A DNA stretch of 64,000 nucleotides from assembly GCA_964016885.1 (NCBI GenBank), contig OZ024741.1:106702001-106766000 (forward strand), in the 5' to 3' direction. Each line of letters opens with the position of its first letter. The first letter of the stretch is position 1. Both the position numbers and the translations under genes were made by a program. Under the pieces are notes generated by a model. The model ran no database searches and was not told where the DNA came from. It saw nothing but the letters and a program-made list of their open reading frames with translations. This DNA is from Eledone cirrhosa (Eukaryota). Positions 13,371 to 27,816 of the stretch are shown one piece after another.

Positions 13371-14788
13371 AAGAGAGATAGAAAGAGAGAGAGAGAAAGA
13401 AAGAGAGAGATAGATAGAGAGAGAGAGGGAGAGAGAGTGGGGAGGGAGGGAGGAAACAAGAGAAAGATAGATAGATAGATAGAGAGTAAAGCATGCAAAG
13501 GCAAAGAGAAAGATAGAAAGAAAGAATGAAAAAGAAAAAAGAAAAAAACAGGCTTGGAATGAAATTTTTTCGAATAAAAACGAGAAAAAAAAACGTGAAT
13601 GGAAGCAATAAATATAATACGGCGGAATATAAACCATCAATTATATCGTTGTTTTGATAGATTGTTTATCTAAATATAAAGAACGTCAAGTCATATAGAT
13701 ATTACTGAAGACTGAAGTAAAACAAAAACCCCAGAAAACATAGTAAAAAGCAACAGTGAGAACAACTATAACAACAATAGCAACAACAACTACAGTAACA
13801 TCAACACCAATACTACAATTACAGAAGCAATGATAAAATAAAATAATACAGTAACAGCAGCGACAGTAACAACTACAACATCAACATCATTAACAAATTG
13901 TACTACAGCAGCAACCACATCAAAAGCAACAAGAACCACCATTACCATTACCATCACCAACACCCTCCTCCTTACCCCAACCCATTACCCCAACCACAAC
14001 AAAAACAAGAATAACATCTACTACACCAAATAACAACAAACAACACAAGCGATAAACGCTAACCAAGAATAAAATATAGTGACGTAATTATCGGCTGTTG
14101 GCGTTAAAATATAATTTCTGCTTTTTTTTTGTTTCCTATTTCACACTATAAGCCTAAAGCTTGAGGATATGAAACAAATAAAGCATCAGAACGAAGACAA
14201 AATGGTTGACATCAGTGGCTCTTCCCCGCTCCACAATATCGGGAGCAGCTTTGTAATCTACGCTCGTCTCGCGCAAGCGTAGATGGGTATAAAATTACTT
14301 TGTATCGAACAGTTTGGACGGAAGAAATATGTCGTGTAACTTAATTGTACCCTGATTGCAATGTTTTTATTATATATATATATATATATACACACACATA
14401 TATACTGTATATATATAAACGAAATATATATATATATATATCGTTTAGAAAAGCGGTGACCCGGTAAAGTATAAAATACTGGAATACGGGGCGAGTAATG
14501 ACACAACATTATACATGTATAGATATATATATGTATACACATACACAAACCACGAACACACACACATACATATATATATATATTCATATAAACGCATATG
14601 TGTGTGTATATATATATATATATATACACATATTTGTGTGTGTATATATATATATATATAAAATTTATTCTCTTAATCTAATGAAATTTTCCATTGTTTG
14701 ATTTTATATATACGCAAGACAGAAGCTAACATAAAATACAAACCATACGCACGCACACTCACACACACACATAGACAGACATATATAT

Positions 14789-14833
<45 letters not shown>

Positions 14834-15350
14834 CAAGACGTAAAGGATGACATTTTGTGGATCAACATTCACTGACGACATTCAGAAGATAGTTGGGGTT
14901 AACAGGTCGTATGGAGATACTGTTGATATTATAGAGACAACGGGTTAACAATGTAACTGAAACCTACGAAGATATCATATAGGCGGCGGAAAGGTGTATC
15001 AGTGTCGAAATACTTAAATGTAATATTGGCTTGATTTACAAAGAATTAATTGGCAATAAATAAAAGAGTGTCGGATGCCAACAGAAACGTTATACTTAGC
15101 TATTATTTCCATATGGCGCGAGAAGAGATAGGATTAACGTTTACCTATTAGGTTAGATCATCATCACATATCCTCTCTCTCGCCCCCCACCCATCAGTCT
15201 CTCTCTCTCTGCCTTATATACATACGTATATATATATATATATATTCATATATATATATGTATATTTATATTTATACATACATATATACACCTATCTATC
15301 TTTCTTTCTTCGTACACCCCCCTCTCTCTCTTTCTCTCTCTCTCTCTCTG

Positions 15351-15382
<32 letters not shown>

Positions 15383-15598
15383 CGGGTGTAGAAAGAAAGA
15401 AAGATAGATAGGTGTATATATGTATGTATAAATACAAATATACATATATATATATGAATATATATATAAATATATATACATAAATATACATATATATCTA
15501 CACATACACACACACACATATATATATATATATTAATACACATAAACATACACACACACAAACACATATATCTATACACACATATGTACTTACATATA

Positions 15599-16451
15599 CG
15601 AGGTGTGTCAGAAAAGTTCCAGGACTGATGTCATAAAAGATTTATTTCAAACCCAAACTTCACACTAAGAGTTTTCTCCTTCAAAGTAACCCCCTGGAGT
15701 ATGTAACTGTAATCTTAGCTCTCTGCAGCGATAAAACTTTTTTCTTCATAATTTTAATGAGCACAGAGCAACGAACAAACTTGAAGTTTCTGGTACGGTT
15801 GGGGAAAACATCGTCAGAAGCACTGGGATTGCTGCAGCAAGTGTATGGAGATGAGACGATATCACGCTCACGTGTTTTTGAGTTGTGCAAGATTACCCCA
15901 GGAGCGGTAGGCCCTCAACAACCAGGACTGAGGTCAACGTTGAGCGCGTCAAGCAGATGGTGCGTAGCGATCGTCGGCTGATTGTTCGACTGATGGCAAA
16001 TGAGCTGGGCATGAATCGGGACAGCGTCTGGAAGATTCTCACTGAAGATTTGAACATGCGGAAAGTCTGCGCGAAGATGGTGCCAAAACTGCTGAACGAT
16101 GACCAGAAGGGTCGTCGCATGCAAGTGTGCCAGGACATCCTCGAGCGTCTTGAAATCGAACCAGACTTGCTAGGGACAGTCATCACCGGTGATGAGTCAT
16201 GGATCTTCGAGTACGACCCAGAGGGGACCCGTTTTGAAGACGTGGACGACATCAAAAAGGCCGTGACGAGGGAACTGCGGAGGATCCCGGAAGAATCCTT
16301 CCAGGAGTGCATGCAAGCGTGGCAGAAAAGGATGGAAAAGTGCATTAGCCTCCAGGGGGATTACTTTGAAGGAGACAACTCTTAGTGTGAAGTTTGGGTT
16401 TGAAATAAATATTTTGTGACATCAGTCTTGGAACTTTTCTGACACACCTCG
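15599..16451 (+). mobile_element. Internally deleted mariner transposon with ~100 bp TIRs and TA target duplication
   Basis: TIRs at 15599-15699 and 16350-16451 flanked by TA. Peptides EQRTNLKF, RSGRPST, VCAKMVPK, ITGDESWIFEYDPE and GDYFEG; the rest of the catalytic core is deleted. Confidence 0.93.
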
Positions 16452-17459
16452 TATACGTGTATCTAAATGTATCTATCGATCGATCCATCTATCTATGTCT
16501 ATGTATGTATATATGTATATATGTCAGGTCACCAGTTGGTGCTACTGGTAACATGTATCCCAGTACAACCTGTCTCATGGTCAAGTCGTTGTCGACTAAA
16601 CTGGCAACCCCACCAAGGTTTCTTGGTGAGGAGGGTGACTTTGGACATCCTGCAGGAATAAAAACAAAACCTGTCAAAGGGAAAAGGAGCTCTTAAGAGT
16701 CAATGGCCATCCAAAATCACCAGGAGAGATGACCTCTTAGCCTTTGTCAAGGCAGATTTCTAGGAGCAGGAAAACACCTGCAACCCTGATGGTATCCAAT
16801 GATGTTGACTTGTTCTTCTTTTTGGTAAATATCATCTTGGTTAAGAGAGTGGGACTGGCTTTGTGCAGTGCCTTTGCTCACTATAAAAGCTTCATGGCAC
16901 AGGCATTGCTTTATATCTGGAGATCTCTCTGCACTTGTCGTCACATGGTACCATGGGCCCAGCACTATGTGTCAATAATTGTCACAAGTGTAGTGTTTGT
17001 ACCAGAGTTTTCAAGTCGCTGGCTGGACTAAAAAGTCACACTCGTTCAGCCCATCGGTAGGGGTTCTCCTCCATGGATATAAAGTAGTGGCCGTACTCGA
17101 AAACGAGTTGGCAGCCACCATGTATGTATGTATGTATGTATGTATGTATGTATGTATGTATGTATGTATGTATGTATGTATGTATGTATGTATGTACGTA
17201 TGTATCTATGTCCTCTCACTTTGACTTTATTTTTTACCGGCCACTTTCTCGGTGGCAAGGTTGTAAAGAAATGAGAAATTTCGTCGTCATTTGTGTAAGC
17301 GTTAACTCTTTTAATCGTAAAAATGTTTTACAGATTTTGAAGGTTCCAGATATCACGGTCATTTGTAGCTTATGAATTAATGAGCTACGTTCTTTCACTA
17401 CAAATCCAGACGCAGTTATATTTTGGTTCAGGTGGGTTGGTATATAACCTGTAGCTCTA

Positions 17460-17638
17460 ATAATTGTTTCTACTTTTGGCACAAGGCCAGCAATTAACCA
17501 GTACGTTACTGGTACTTTTATTTTATCGACGCCGTAAGGATGAAAGGCAAAGTTAACCTCGGCGGGATTTGAACTCAGACCGTAAAGAGCCGTAACTATG
17601 CTGGAAAGCATGGCGTCCGACTCTCTACCGATACTGCC
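17460..17638 (-). mobile_element. tRNA-derived SINE
   Basis: Reverse complement of the 8350-8536 family. Confidence 0.85.
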
Positions 17639-18299
17639 CTGGATCTGAAAACGCCCCATCAATGGTCCGTAGATATCCTTCTTCTCTTGAATTCTTTTTA
17701 CGACATTGACTTCAAGTGGGTAGCTGGATTCTACAACAGAGCATCTTTTTAATATGTGGTCCCAAACAACAATATTAGGCGAGTTGTGCTTTAATTTGTT
17801 GGCAGTTTTTATTTTTAGGTTCTACCAATATTCCTTTCAGCTATCAGGCTCAACATATTCCTCCTTATTTGATTTTATTTTCGTCTTCCATAATGCATTC
17901 CAGGTAGTTCAAGCTATCACATCAGGCTTCATGGAGAGTTGGCAATAATGTGGCTAACATCGTCAATCTTTGTTTTGTACAGCTTACATGTATTGTCAAC
18001 TGGTGAATTTCTGCTTTTGTTTAGTAGGTACTTGGTGGGATTTCTTTTTCCAGGATTGGTTGGAGATATCTTTCAAGTTAGGATGTTATGAACTTTTTGG
18101 AACCCCAGTTAGGCTTTTAGGATGGTTTATCCCCTCTATGGTCTGTGTTTTTTGTCTAAAGTACCCATGTACAGCCTTCTCAGTGAACTGGTCTATTTAA
18201 AAAATTTTGTTCGAGCATTTAGTAGTCTTCCAATGTTCTTCGTAGAGAGATTTGCGTCAGGTTTTATTTTATGTCTCTCCTCTAAATCAGTGGAGATCC

Positions 18300-18452
18300 T
18301 TTTTGACGCATAGAGTTACGGCACTTGCCATTCTGAGTTCAAATCCCGCCGAGGTTAACTTTGCCTTTCATCCTTACGGGGTTGATAAAATAAAGTACCA
18401 GTAATGTACTGGGTAATTTTCTGGCCTTGTGCCAATAGTAGAAACAAATATT
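18300..18452 (+). mobile_element. 5'-truncated SINE
   Basis: Same family, starting at tttgacgcatagag. Confidence 0.82.
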
Positions 18453-18859
18453 ATTATTTTCATCCTCATAAACCTGGGCAAGATAGCGGCTGACCTTTTC
18501 CTTCTGTTGAAGATGTTGCTTCAATGTTATTATCCGGGTCTCATATAATACATTAATTCATAAGCTACGTCGTTAAGTGAGAAATATAGCCTATTTACAT
18601 CACCATGGATGTTAAAGTTTCCAGTAACACTGAGTAGCTTGCATGTCCTTATATCCCTCTCGCCCAGTTCTTACAATGACTAGTTCAGCAGGTCAAATGT
18701 TGGCATTAGGATGGGTACAGCAAAAGTATTATGGGCAATGTGCTTGTTGTTCGCCGAGAATTCTGATGACCATATTCTGAGGTATTCATTTCTGGTCTTC
18801 TTATTTATGGCTCCATCATATATGTGCAAAATACCTATAATTGTCACCTGATTAGTATT

Positions 18860-18921
18860 GGTAATAGTTGCGGTGGTAATGATAGTAGTAGTAATAGTAG
18901 CAGTAGTAGTAGTAGTAGTAA

Positions 18922-18957
<36 letters not shown>

Positions 18958-20185
18958 TGGTAAGGATAGTATTAGCAGTATTAGCAGAAGCAGCAGTAGT
19001 AGCAGTAGTAGCAGTAGTAGCAGTGGTAGTAGTAGGAGCAATAGAAGTAATAGTCGTATTAGAAGTAGTAGTTGTAGTAGTGGTAGTAGTGGTGGTTGTG
19101 GTAATGGTAGTATTGGTAGTAGTGGTGGTGATGGTGATGTTAGCAGCAGTGAAGCCATATAAAATGGAGACACTATAAGAATGTAACAATAAAGTGTACA
19201 TATTGTTATATGAACAGATTTGTAGTTCCCCTGTGATTGTCAACTGTGAACAGTATCTCATGATGATGATGATAGTAGTGGTGGTGGTAGTGGTAGTGGT
19301 GGTGGTGGTAGTGGTGGTGGTGGTAGTGGTGGTGGTAGTGGTAGTGGTGGTGGTGGTAGTGGTAGTGGTGGTAGTGGTGGTGGTAGTGGTAGTGGTGGTG
19401 GTGGTAGTGGTAGTGGTGGTAGTGGTGGTGGTAGTGGTGGTGGTGGTAGTGGTGGTGGTGGTAGTGGTGGTCGTAGTGGTAGTGGTGGTGGCGGTGGTGG
19501 TGGTTGTCGTCGTTGTCATGATGATGATGATGATAGTAGTGGTGGTGGTAGTGGTAGTGGTGGTGGTGGTAGTGGTGGTGGTGGTAGTGGTGGTGGTAGT
19601 GGTAGTGGTGGTGGTGGTGGTGGTGGTGGTAGTGGTGGTGGTGGTAGTGGTTGTGGTGGTAGTGGTAGTGGTAGTGGTGGTGGTGGTGGTGGTTGTCGTC
19701 GTTGTCATGATGATGATGATGATGGTGGTGATGGTGGTAGTGGTGGTGGTGGTGGTGGTGGTCGTCGTCGTCGTCGTTGTTGTTGTGATGATGGTGATGG
19801 TGATGATGGTGGTGGTGGTGGTGGTGGTCGTCGTTGTTGTTGTGATGATGGTGATGATGGTGGTGGTGGTCGTCGTCGTTGTTGTGATGATGGTGATGAT
19901 GGTGGTGGTGGCAGTGGTGGTGGTCGTCGTTGTTGTTGTGATGATGGTGATGATGGTGGTGGTAGTGGTTGTCGTGATGGCGATGATGGTAATGATGTTG
20001 GCGATGGTCGTCGACGTTGTCGTCGCGATGGTGATGGCGGTGGTGGTGGTGGTGGTGGAAATAATGATAATGATGATTTTGTTGGTGGTGGTGCAGGTGG
20101 TGTTAGTAGAGGTAGTGGTGGTGATTGTGATAGAGGTAGTGGTATGTAGTGGATAGTGGAGGTGGTTGTGACAATGGTGGTGGTG
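18860..20185. repeat. Compound triplet array (GTA/GTG/GTC/GAT)n
   Basis: Direct inspection; internal higher-order duplication at about 19260-19520 and 19520-19710. Confidence 0.92.
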
Positions 20186-20559
20186 AAAGTAGTGGAGCCG
20201 GTGCCGGAGTTTTCCCTTTCACATTTCATAACAATAAATCCTGTCCCTGGTTAGTGGCGTATCTTTAATAAAAGCTGACAAGATTTATGAATACCGAACT
20301 GTCTCCGTAATGGAATAACACCTTATTATCTCCTCGTATCGTTTATAAAATCTTTAGTTGTCTTTATAATTATGGCAAGTCCCAGGGTTAAAAAAGAAAG
20401 AAGGAAAAGAGAAAAAGGACAAAAAGAAAGCCAGAAAATTATAGAAAGGATGGATTAGTTATCCGACCGCCGGGACGTTGTTTAAAATAACAACTTTATA
20501 GCTAGCCAGCTTCCAGTTGGGCTTTACAGACAAATTACCGCTCTCCAACTCTACTTTAA

Positions 20560-20929
20560 CTTTTAATTCCCTTCCTCACCCCTTTCTCTCTCTATCTATC
20601 TACATCACCTTCTCTCTCTCACCATCTCATTCTCTCTCACTCTCCTTCTACATTTATTTCTCTCTCTCTCTATCCCTTTCTCTACACCACATTCTCTCTC
20701 TCTCTCACTCCCTTTCTACATTTCTTTATTTCTCTCTCTCTCTACACCAAATCCCCTCTCTCTCCATCTTATTCTATCTCACTCTCCTTCGACATTTCTC
20801 TCCCCCCCCCCCCTCTCTATATTTCATTCTCTCTCTCTACATCTCATTCTCTCTCTCTACATTTCTTTCGTTTTCTCCCTGCATTTCATTTGTCCTCTCT
20901 CCCTATACATTTCTTTCTCCCTCTCTCTA

Positions 20930-20994
<65 letters not shown>

Positions 20995-21190
20995 ACATAA
21001 CATTTTCTCTACATTTCTTTCTCTCTTCCCTATCTCACCCTCTGTTTCTTTTTACATTTCATTCTCTCTCTCCCTTTCTCCACATCCCATCCTCTTTCCC
21101 TTTCTTTATATCATCATATTCTCTCACCTCTCCCTCTCACTATATCTATTTCTCCTCTCTCTCTCTGTTGCTCTTTATCCAAACTTTCTT
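20560..21190. repeat. Polypyrimidine (CT)-rich tract
   Basis: Direct inspection. Confidence 0.88.
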
Positions 21191-21262
21191 CTAAGCATAA
21201 TCAACATCACCACACCCTCTAATACGACTTACCACGCTCATCCCAACAACACCACTCCTCTT

Positions 21263-21346
<84 letters not shown>

Positions 21347-21399
21347 CAGTGATCATTTCGGAACTCCACAGATCCAATGCAACCATCAACACCAAGAGC

Positions 21400-21785
21400 A
21401 CTATAGGAAAATGCCTCTCTCCTCTCTCAGCACTTTTCAGCCTACAGGCACAAGCTCTGAGTGGGCCCACTCACACGGTCAATACTCGCTACATTCACCC
21501 AACTTTTACCAAATGTACTGGGGTGGGAATGGGGGAGGCAGTTTTTCTCTCGTCAGCCTCACCTTCCTTTCCAAATGAATTAAAAAAAGTCGATGAGAGT
21601 TTGGCTGAAGAGGAACCTGTCAGTCTTCAGTCCATTTACTGGCGTCCAGCACACGCCATCTTTCGCCATAGCCACCCAAAGAGTGGAAAACTGCCTGCCC
21701 TTCCTGGCTAAAGGAACTGCTTTCGTTCCTTCGTGTCTTAGAACATGCCTCAGCTTCGACAATGCAACCTTCGGATACCGTAGAC
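21400..21785 (-). pseudogene. Old, internally deleted relative of the Tx1-type ORF2
   Basis: Resembles 48860-49150 (SFSxEGQAVF, LIDFF) fused directly to the RHEGTKAV segment found at about 51230-51290. Confidence 0.75.
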
Positions 21786-22229
21786 TTATATGGTGAATGG
21801 TACAAAAACGAAGCGGTCGGTAAAAGGTTCGTATTTGTTATCTTCCACACCTCTATGTTATAAATAGCCGTGCCTATGTTTTGGGCCGAGATGGTGCGGT
21901 TAGTACAAGAGAACGTATAGCAGCATGCAGTATTTCAAATTAGAACGGGAGAAGTACTATGTCATCTGGGCACCTAAGGTTACCGCGGCTCAGGCTATCG
22001 ACGGTAAACTAGCCACTTTAAGGTTCCCTCAGATGATGCCTTTCATTGCAGCTTGCCGAGGGAAGCGACCTCCACTATGGCAGCAAGAGAGAGGATGTAA
22101 TCGAAATTCGTTGGTCATGGCTCCACAAAGTCCTTGCGTGGCTCACATACGCGGAGAACAAGGTGCATGACTTTTCTGATGCGGCTGTACTCAATTGCTT
22201 CTACTTTAGACACAAGGACACATTTTTGG

Positions 22230-22580
22230 GATAAGAGGAAAGTCGATTAAACCTTCACCAGTGCGTTACTGGTACTTTATTTTATCGACCTCGTAAAGAT
22301 GGGAGGCAAATAAAATAAATAAATAAATAAATGAATAATTAAATAAATAAATAATAATAATAATAATAATAATAATGGTTTCTGATTTAGGCACAAGGCC
22401 TGCAATTTTGGGAAAGTCGATTCAATCGACCCCAGTTCATTACTGGTGCTTTATTTTATCGACCCTGTAAGGATGAAAGGCAAAGTTAACTTCGGCGGGA
22501 TTTGAACTCAGACCGTAAAGGGCCATAACTATATGCTGCGAAGCATGGTGTTCGACGCTCTACCAATTCTGTCAATCCAA
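22230..22580 (-). mobile_element. SINE plus adjacent SINE fragment
   Basis: ggatttgaactcag, gcacaaggcc and ggtactttattttatcgacc blocks. Confidence 0.78.
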
Positions 22581-22724
22581 TAATAACAACAACAATAATG
22601 ATAAAAATGTAGATGATGATGATGATGGTAAAAAGGGTTTTCTGTTACATATCAGAAAGAAATACCTACGTAACGAAACTTTATACACATCGTCATTTAC
22701 TATTACACATATCACCAGCAGCAG

Positions 22725-23170
22725 CAGCATAGCAGCAGCAGCAGCATAGCAGCAGCAGCAGCAGCAGCAGCATCAGCAGCAGCAGCACCACCACCACCAC
22801 CACCACCACCAACACCACCAGTACTATCACCACAACTACCACCATCACCACAACCACCAGCACCACCACCAGCAGCACCGCCGTCACCAACAGACGCAGC
22901 AGCCGTACCACCACCATCATCAGTACTATCACCACAACTACCAGCGCTAGCACCAGTACTATCCCCAAACACCACCAGCACCACCGCCGTCACCAGCAGA
23001 CGCAGTAGCAGCAGCACCACCACCACCACCAGCACCCACACTATCTTCATCATCATTATAATCATTATCATTACTTACATCATCAATTACACCATCATCA
23101 TTATGGCTGCCCACCAATTTCCAACACAATTACCTCTCCCTCTACCATAACCACAGCCATCCCCACCACC

Positions 23171-23202
<32 letters not shown>

Positions 23203-23482
23203 CAACACCACCATTAACCCCCCCCCCCCCACCAACACCACCGCCACCAACACCCCTACTACTACCACCATTAATCTCCCCCCACACCCCACCACCACCA
23301 ACACCACCACCACCACAACCATCACCATCCCCACCGCCACCACCACCAACAACACCACCAACACCACCAACACCACCACCGCCAACACCAACCATCACCA
23401 CCCCGACCGCCACCACAACCAACAACACCACCAACACCATCACCGCCAACACCAACCCACCACCACCACCACCGCCACCACT
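22725..23482. repeat. (CAG)/(CAC)/(CAA) low-complexity array
   Basis: Direct inspection. Confidence 0.88.
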
Positions 23483-23614
23483 AATAATAATATGGCCGTA
23501 ACTTTAAAGCCTAATAAAACTTTCCATTCCAATATCTATCAGATTTCGGGACGGGGTGTGTGTGTCATTTAAAAATCGCACCATCTGCGTCACCAACACT
23601 CCTTCCCTACAACC

Positions 23615-24530
23615 AATCCACATCTACCATCGCCGTCACCATCACTGCCACCCCATCACTGCCTCACATCTACCACCGCCGTCACCATCACTGCCACCCC
23701 ATCACTGCCTCACATCTACCACCGTCGTCACCAGCGCTGCCTCCCCATCACTGCCTCACATCTACCACCGCCGTCACCATCACTCCCACCCCATCACCGC
23801 CTCACATCTACCATCGCCGTCACCAGCGCTGCCACCCTATCACCGCCTCACATCTACCACCGCCGTCACCATCACTCCCTCCCCATCACTGCCTCACATC
23901 TACCACCGTCGTCACCATCACTCCCACCCCATCACCGCCTCACATCTACCACCGCCGTCACCATCACTGCCTCATATCACCACCTTACATCTACCACCGC
24001 CGTCACCATCACTGCCACCCCATCACCGCCTCACATCTACCATCCCCGTCACCATCACTGCCACCCCATCACCACCTTACATCTACCATCGCCGTCACCA
24101 TCACTGCCACCCCATCACTGCCTCACATCTACCACCGCCGTCACCATCACTCCCACCCCATCACCACCTTACATCTACCACCGCCGTCACAATCACTGCC
24201 ACCCCATCACCGCCTCACATCTACCACCGCCGTCACCATCACTGCCACCCCATCACCGCCTCACATCTACCACCATCGTCGCCATCACTGCCTCATATCT
24301 ACCACCGCCGTCACCATCACTGCCTCCCCATCACCACCTTACATCTACCACCGCCGTCACCATCACTGCCACCCCATCACCGCCTCACATCTACCACCAT
24401 CGTCGCCATCACTGCCTCATATCTACCACCGCCGTCACCATCACTGCCTCCCCATCACCACCTTACATCTACCACCGCCGTCACCATCACTGCCACCCCA
24501 TCACCGCCTCACATCTACCACCATCGTCGC
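23615..24530. repeat. ~46 bp C-rich minisatellite with shorter variants
   Basis: Unit cacatctaccaccgccgtcaccatcactgccaccccatcaccgcct; it explains the stop-free ORFs here. Confidence 0.92.
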
Positions 24531-25202
24531 CAACATTATCACCTACAACGTCTCTATCTCCCCGTAATATCGTCACCATCGCTACATTATTTCAACCAGC
24601 CCACATCCAGCATGGCCGTCACCATCACCACACTTTTATACCTCCCCCGTCCCCGATACACCCCTCAGTATCGTCTCCATCACCGCATCCATACAACCAC
24701 TCACCCCCTCCCCACCTCGCAGTGTCGTCACCATCAACGTCACCACCATCCCCGCCTTCCTACAACCATTCCACACCGACAACCTCCATAACTCTGTCCA
24801 GTATTTCTGATCCCCTCCTTCCTATGTCGTCTGTAAACAAGTGTTAGCTACAGCTGAAGCAAGCAAGTCTGGCGGCCATCAACGCTAATTGACCACGTGA
24901 CCACATTAATATGTTACGGCCATTTTGTAAATGTGCCTGTCCTGTAATCATAAATATCACGTTTTGGTCATCACTATGAAACCACAACTATTATTATTGA
25001 TCTTTGACATCTAATGACCTACCCTCCTTCCCGCACTCCTCGGACACCCGAAACGGCATCGCCTATACCACTGAAAACAGCGTACACATTAAAACACTCA
25101 TACACTCATACGCATACAGTGGCTTTCATATACTAACATACGCATACACATACACATACATACATGTGCATGATATATACAATGAAAAAACAGTGTACAT
25201 GC

Positions 25203-25327
<125 letters not shown>

Positions 25328-25397
25328 CACACACATACACTCTCATATTTACATCTGTATGATATATACAATGACTCACAATATACATGCATATATG

Positions 25398-25456
<59 letters not shown>

Positions 25457-25547
25457 GTATGTGTGTATATATATAAATATATATACATATATATACATAT
25501 ATAGATACACACACACATATATATATATGTATATATATATATATGAG

Positions 25548-25622
<75 letters not shown>

Positions 25623-25969
25623 TATAAGCAATGACGCACACGTACATATACAAATATTAACACATACTCATACATACACATACACACGCGCGCATGCAGA
25701 GTTGCTCTCTTAGGGGTTTATTTATTGTTGCGACAAATCACGATTATAGTGCCATGTCCCCCCCCCCCCCCTCCCTCCCCCCAGTATATGTATCTAAACA
25801 AGACAGGAATCATACAGCACAACAATGACTCATTATACTATACGTAGTAGTCATTGAATAATAACGTTAATAACAATAACGTTAGCTTTATTGTTACTAA
25901 TAACGGCGATAATTATGATAATAATATAGTGATAATAATAATTTTAGTAATGATTCAGATGATAATAAC

Positions 25970-26530
25970 AATGATTTCTAATTTAGGCACAAGGCGAACA
26001 ATATGTGTGGAAGGGAATGTCATTTAAATGGATTTTATTTATCGACTCCTGAATAGATAAAAAGCAAAGCTGACTTCGACTGGATTTGAAGCTGGCAAAG
26101 CATTTTATCTGAAGCTCTATCAATTTCAAAAATCCACCGCCCTTAATAATGATTTATAATTTAGGCACAAAGCCAGCAATTTGAGAGTAGGGCTCAATTA
26201 TATTAACCCTGGTACAAACTGGTACCTCGAATGGATGAAAAGTAAAGTTGAATTCTGCGGAATTTGATCTCAGAACGTTATTAAAAGCCGCAAAAGCATT
26301 TTGTTCGATGCTCTACAGATTCTGCCAATTCACTGTCCTTAAATATAATTATAATAAGGATTTCTAATTAAGGCACAAGGCCAGAAATTAGCTGGAAAGT
26401 GAAAGTCGACTATATCGACCCCAGTACTTGATTAGTACTTTATCGACTTCTGAAAGCCAAAACTGACCACAGAAGGGTTTGAACTCCGAATGTAAATGGA
26501 TGTAACAAATATGGCAAGGCATTTTATTTG
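25970..26530 (-). mobile_element. Cluster of about three old tandem SINE copies
   Basis: Three repeats of ttaggcacaa(g/a)g...ttga(a/t) blocks in the same orientation. Confidence 0.7.
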
Positions 26531-26836
26531 ATGCTGATGATGTGTTATTGATGATGGTGATGATAAAGATGGCGATGGTGATACTGGGGATGATGATGAT
26601 GACAATAGCATTGACAATAACGGCGATGACACCGAAAACCACATTAACAACTATCACAAATTAAAAAAATAACCATTATTGACATGTCACCATCACCACC
26701 ACCACAACCCCCACCTACAATAAAGATAGCAGCAGCAGCAGCAACACAACCACCACCACCAACACTACCATAAACGCCGGCACCGACAGCAGAACCACCA
26801 CCACCACCACCATCACAACAATAGCAATAACACATT

Positions 26837-26880
<44 letters not shown>

Positions 26881-27034
26881 GGGGTGATAATCATCAGAAT
26901 GTTGTTAAGGTAATCAAGTTATGTCGGTAGGAAGTGGAAAGGTCTAAAATTCAGCCATACTCCACATGACTGTGATAGACATCAATTTTTGGATATTGTC
27001 TCTCTCATGACTTATAACAGAAGTGTTTTGAGGC

Positions 27035-27067
<33 letters not shown>

Positions 27068-27154
27068 GAAAAAATGTTTTTAACAGGGACAAAACAGAGA
27101 GGCAGTACAATAAATGTTTATTAATTTCACGCTCAGGAGAGTGGGGGTAGGTGG

Positions 27155-27190
27155 GGGACGACGTTTCGGGCATAAGCCCTTCCTCAGGTG
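27155..27190 (-). ncRNA. Penelope-type hammerhead-like motif
   Basis: Minus strand CTGAGGA-A-GGGC-TTAT-GCCC-GAAAC-GTC-GTC, followed by AATAAA and a (TA)n tract; stem I is not evident. Confidence 0.65.
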
Positions 27191-27816
27191 AGAAGTGTGT
27201 GGGAACAGAGTTCAAAAGGTGTGTAGGGGAGTGGTGGAGAGACATATAGCGAAAAAAGATAAAAAATATAAAAATAAAGCATGATCAAAATACAAGGAAT
27301 GAGAAAATTTAAAAATAAAGGCATGATCAAAATAAACTGAAATTAAAAGGGGGGTAAACAGGTGGTGGAAGGGTGTGGGGTGAGTAGGGGTGGTGGCGGG
27401 TGGAGTGGGGAGAGGGAGACGGGGTGTCCGAGCGGGGAGGGCTGAAGGTGGTGTGTGTGTGTAGGTGTGCGTGTGCGTGTGTGTGTGTGTGTGTGTATGT
27501 GAAAGTAAATGGATGTGGCTGGAGTGCCGGGTTTTGGTGAAGAGAAGGTAGGAGAGTTGAAGGGCGGAGGGGAGATAGCAGGGTGGGAGGAGGGGGGTGA
27601 GGAAAAGTTTGAGGCGATTGTGTAGTTGGTGGAGAAAGGATCTCAGGTTGGGCATGATGGGTGTTGGGTGAAAGCAGGGGGGGGGGATGAGAGGGCAGGG
27701 GTGTGAAGCGGGGTGGAGTGAACGAAGGGGTGAGTGCGAAGGATAGGCAGAGACGGGGAAGGGAAATGAAACAGAAAAACGTAGCGAGGGGGGAGTAAAC
27801 ACAGGAAAATTAAAGA

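Larger units (their letters stand above)
17270..18830 (-). pseudogene. Decayed R4/Dong-like non-LTR element fragment, interrupted by SINEs
   Basis: EYLRIWSSEFSANNKHIAHNTFAVPIL resembles the post-RT NKxxAxNTxAVPxL motif of R4/Dong elements. The extent is approximate. Confidence 0.55.

Noticed and set aside
14860-15030. Possible hammerhead with a long stem II insert
   Set aside because: Core and stem III are too degenerate to call by eye.
18680-20229. Long poly-Thr, poly-Val and poly-Pro ORFs
   Set aside because: Translations of a triplet repeat array, with no domain or splice evidence.
23556-24791. 411 aa and 335 aa His/Pro-rich ORFs
   Set aside because: Stop-free 46 bp minisatellite that is open in several frames.
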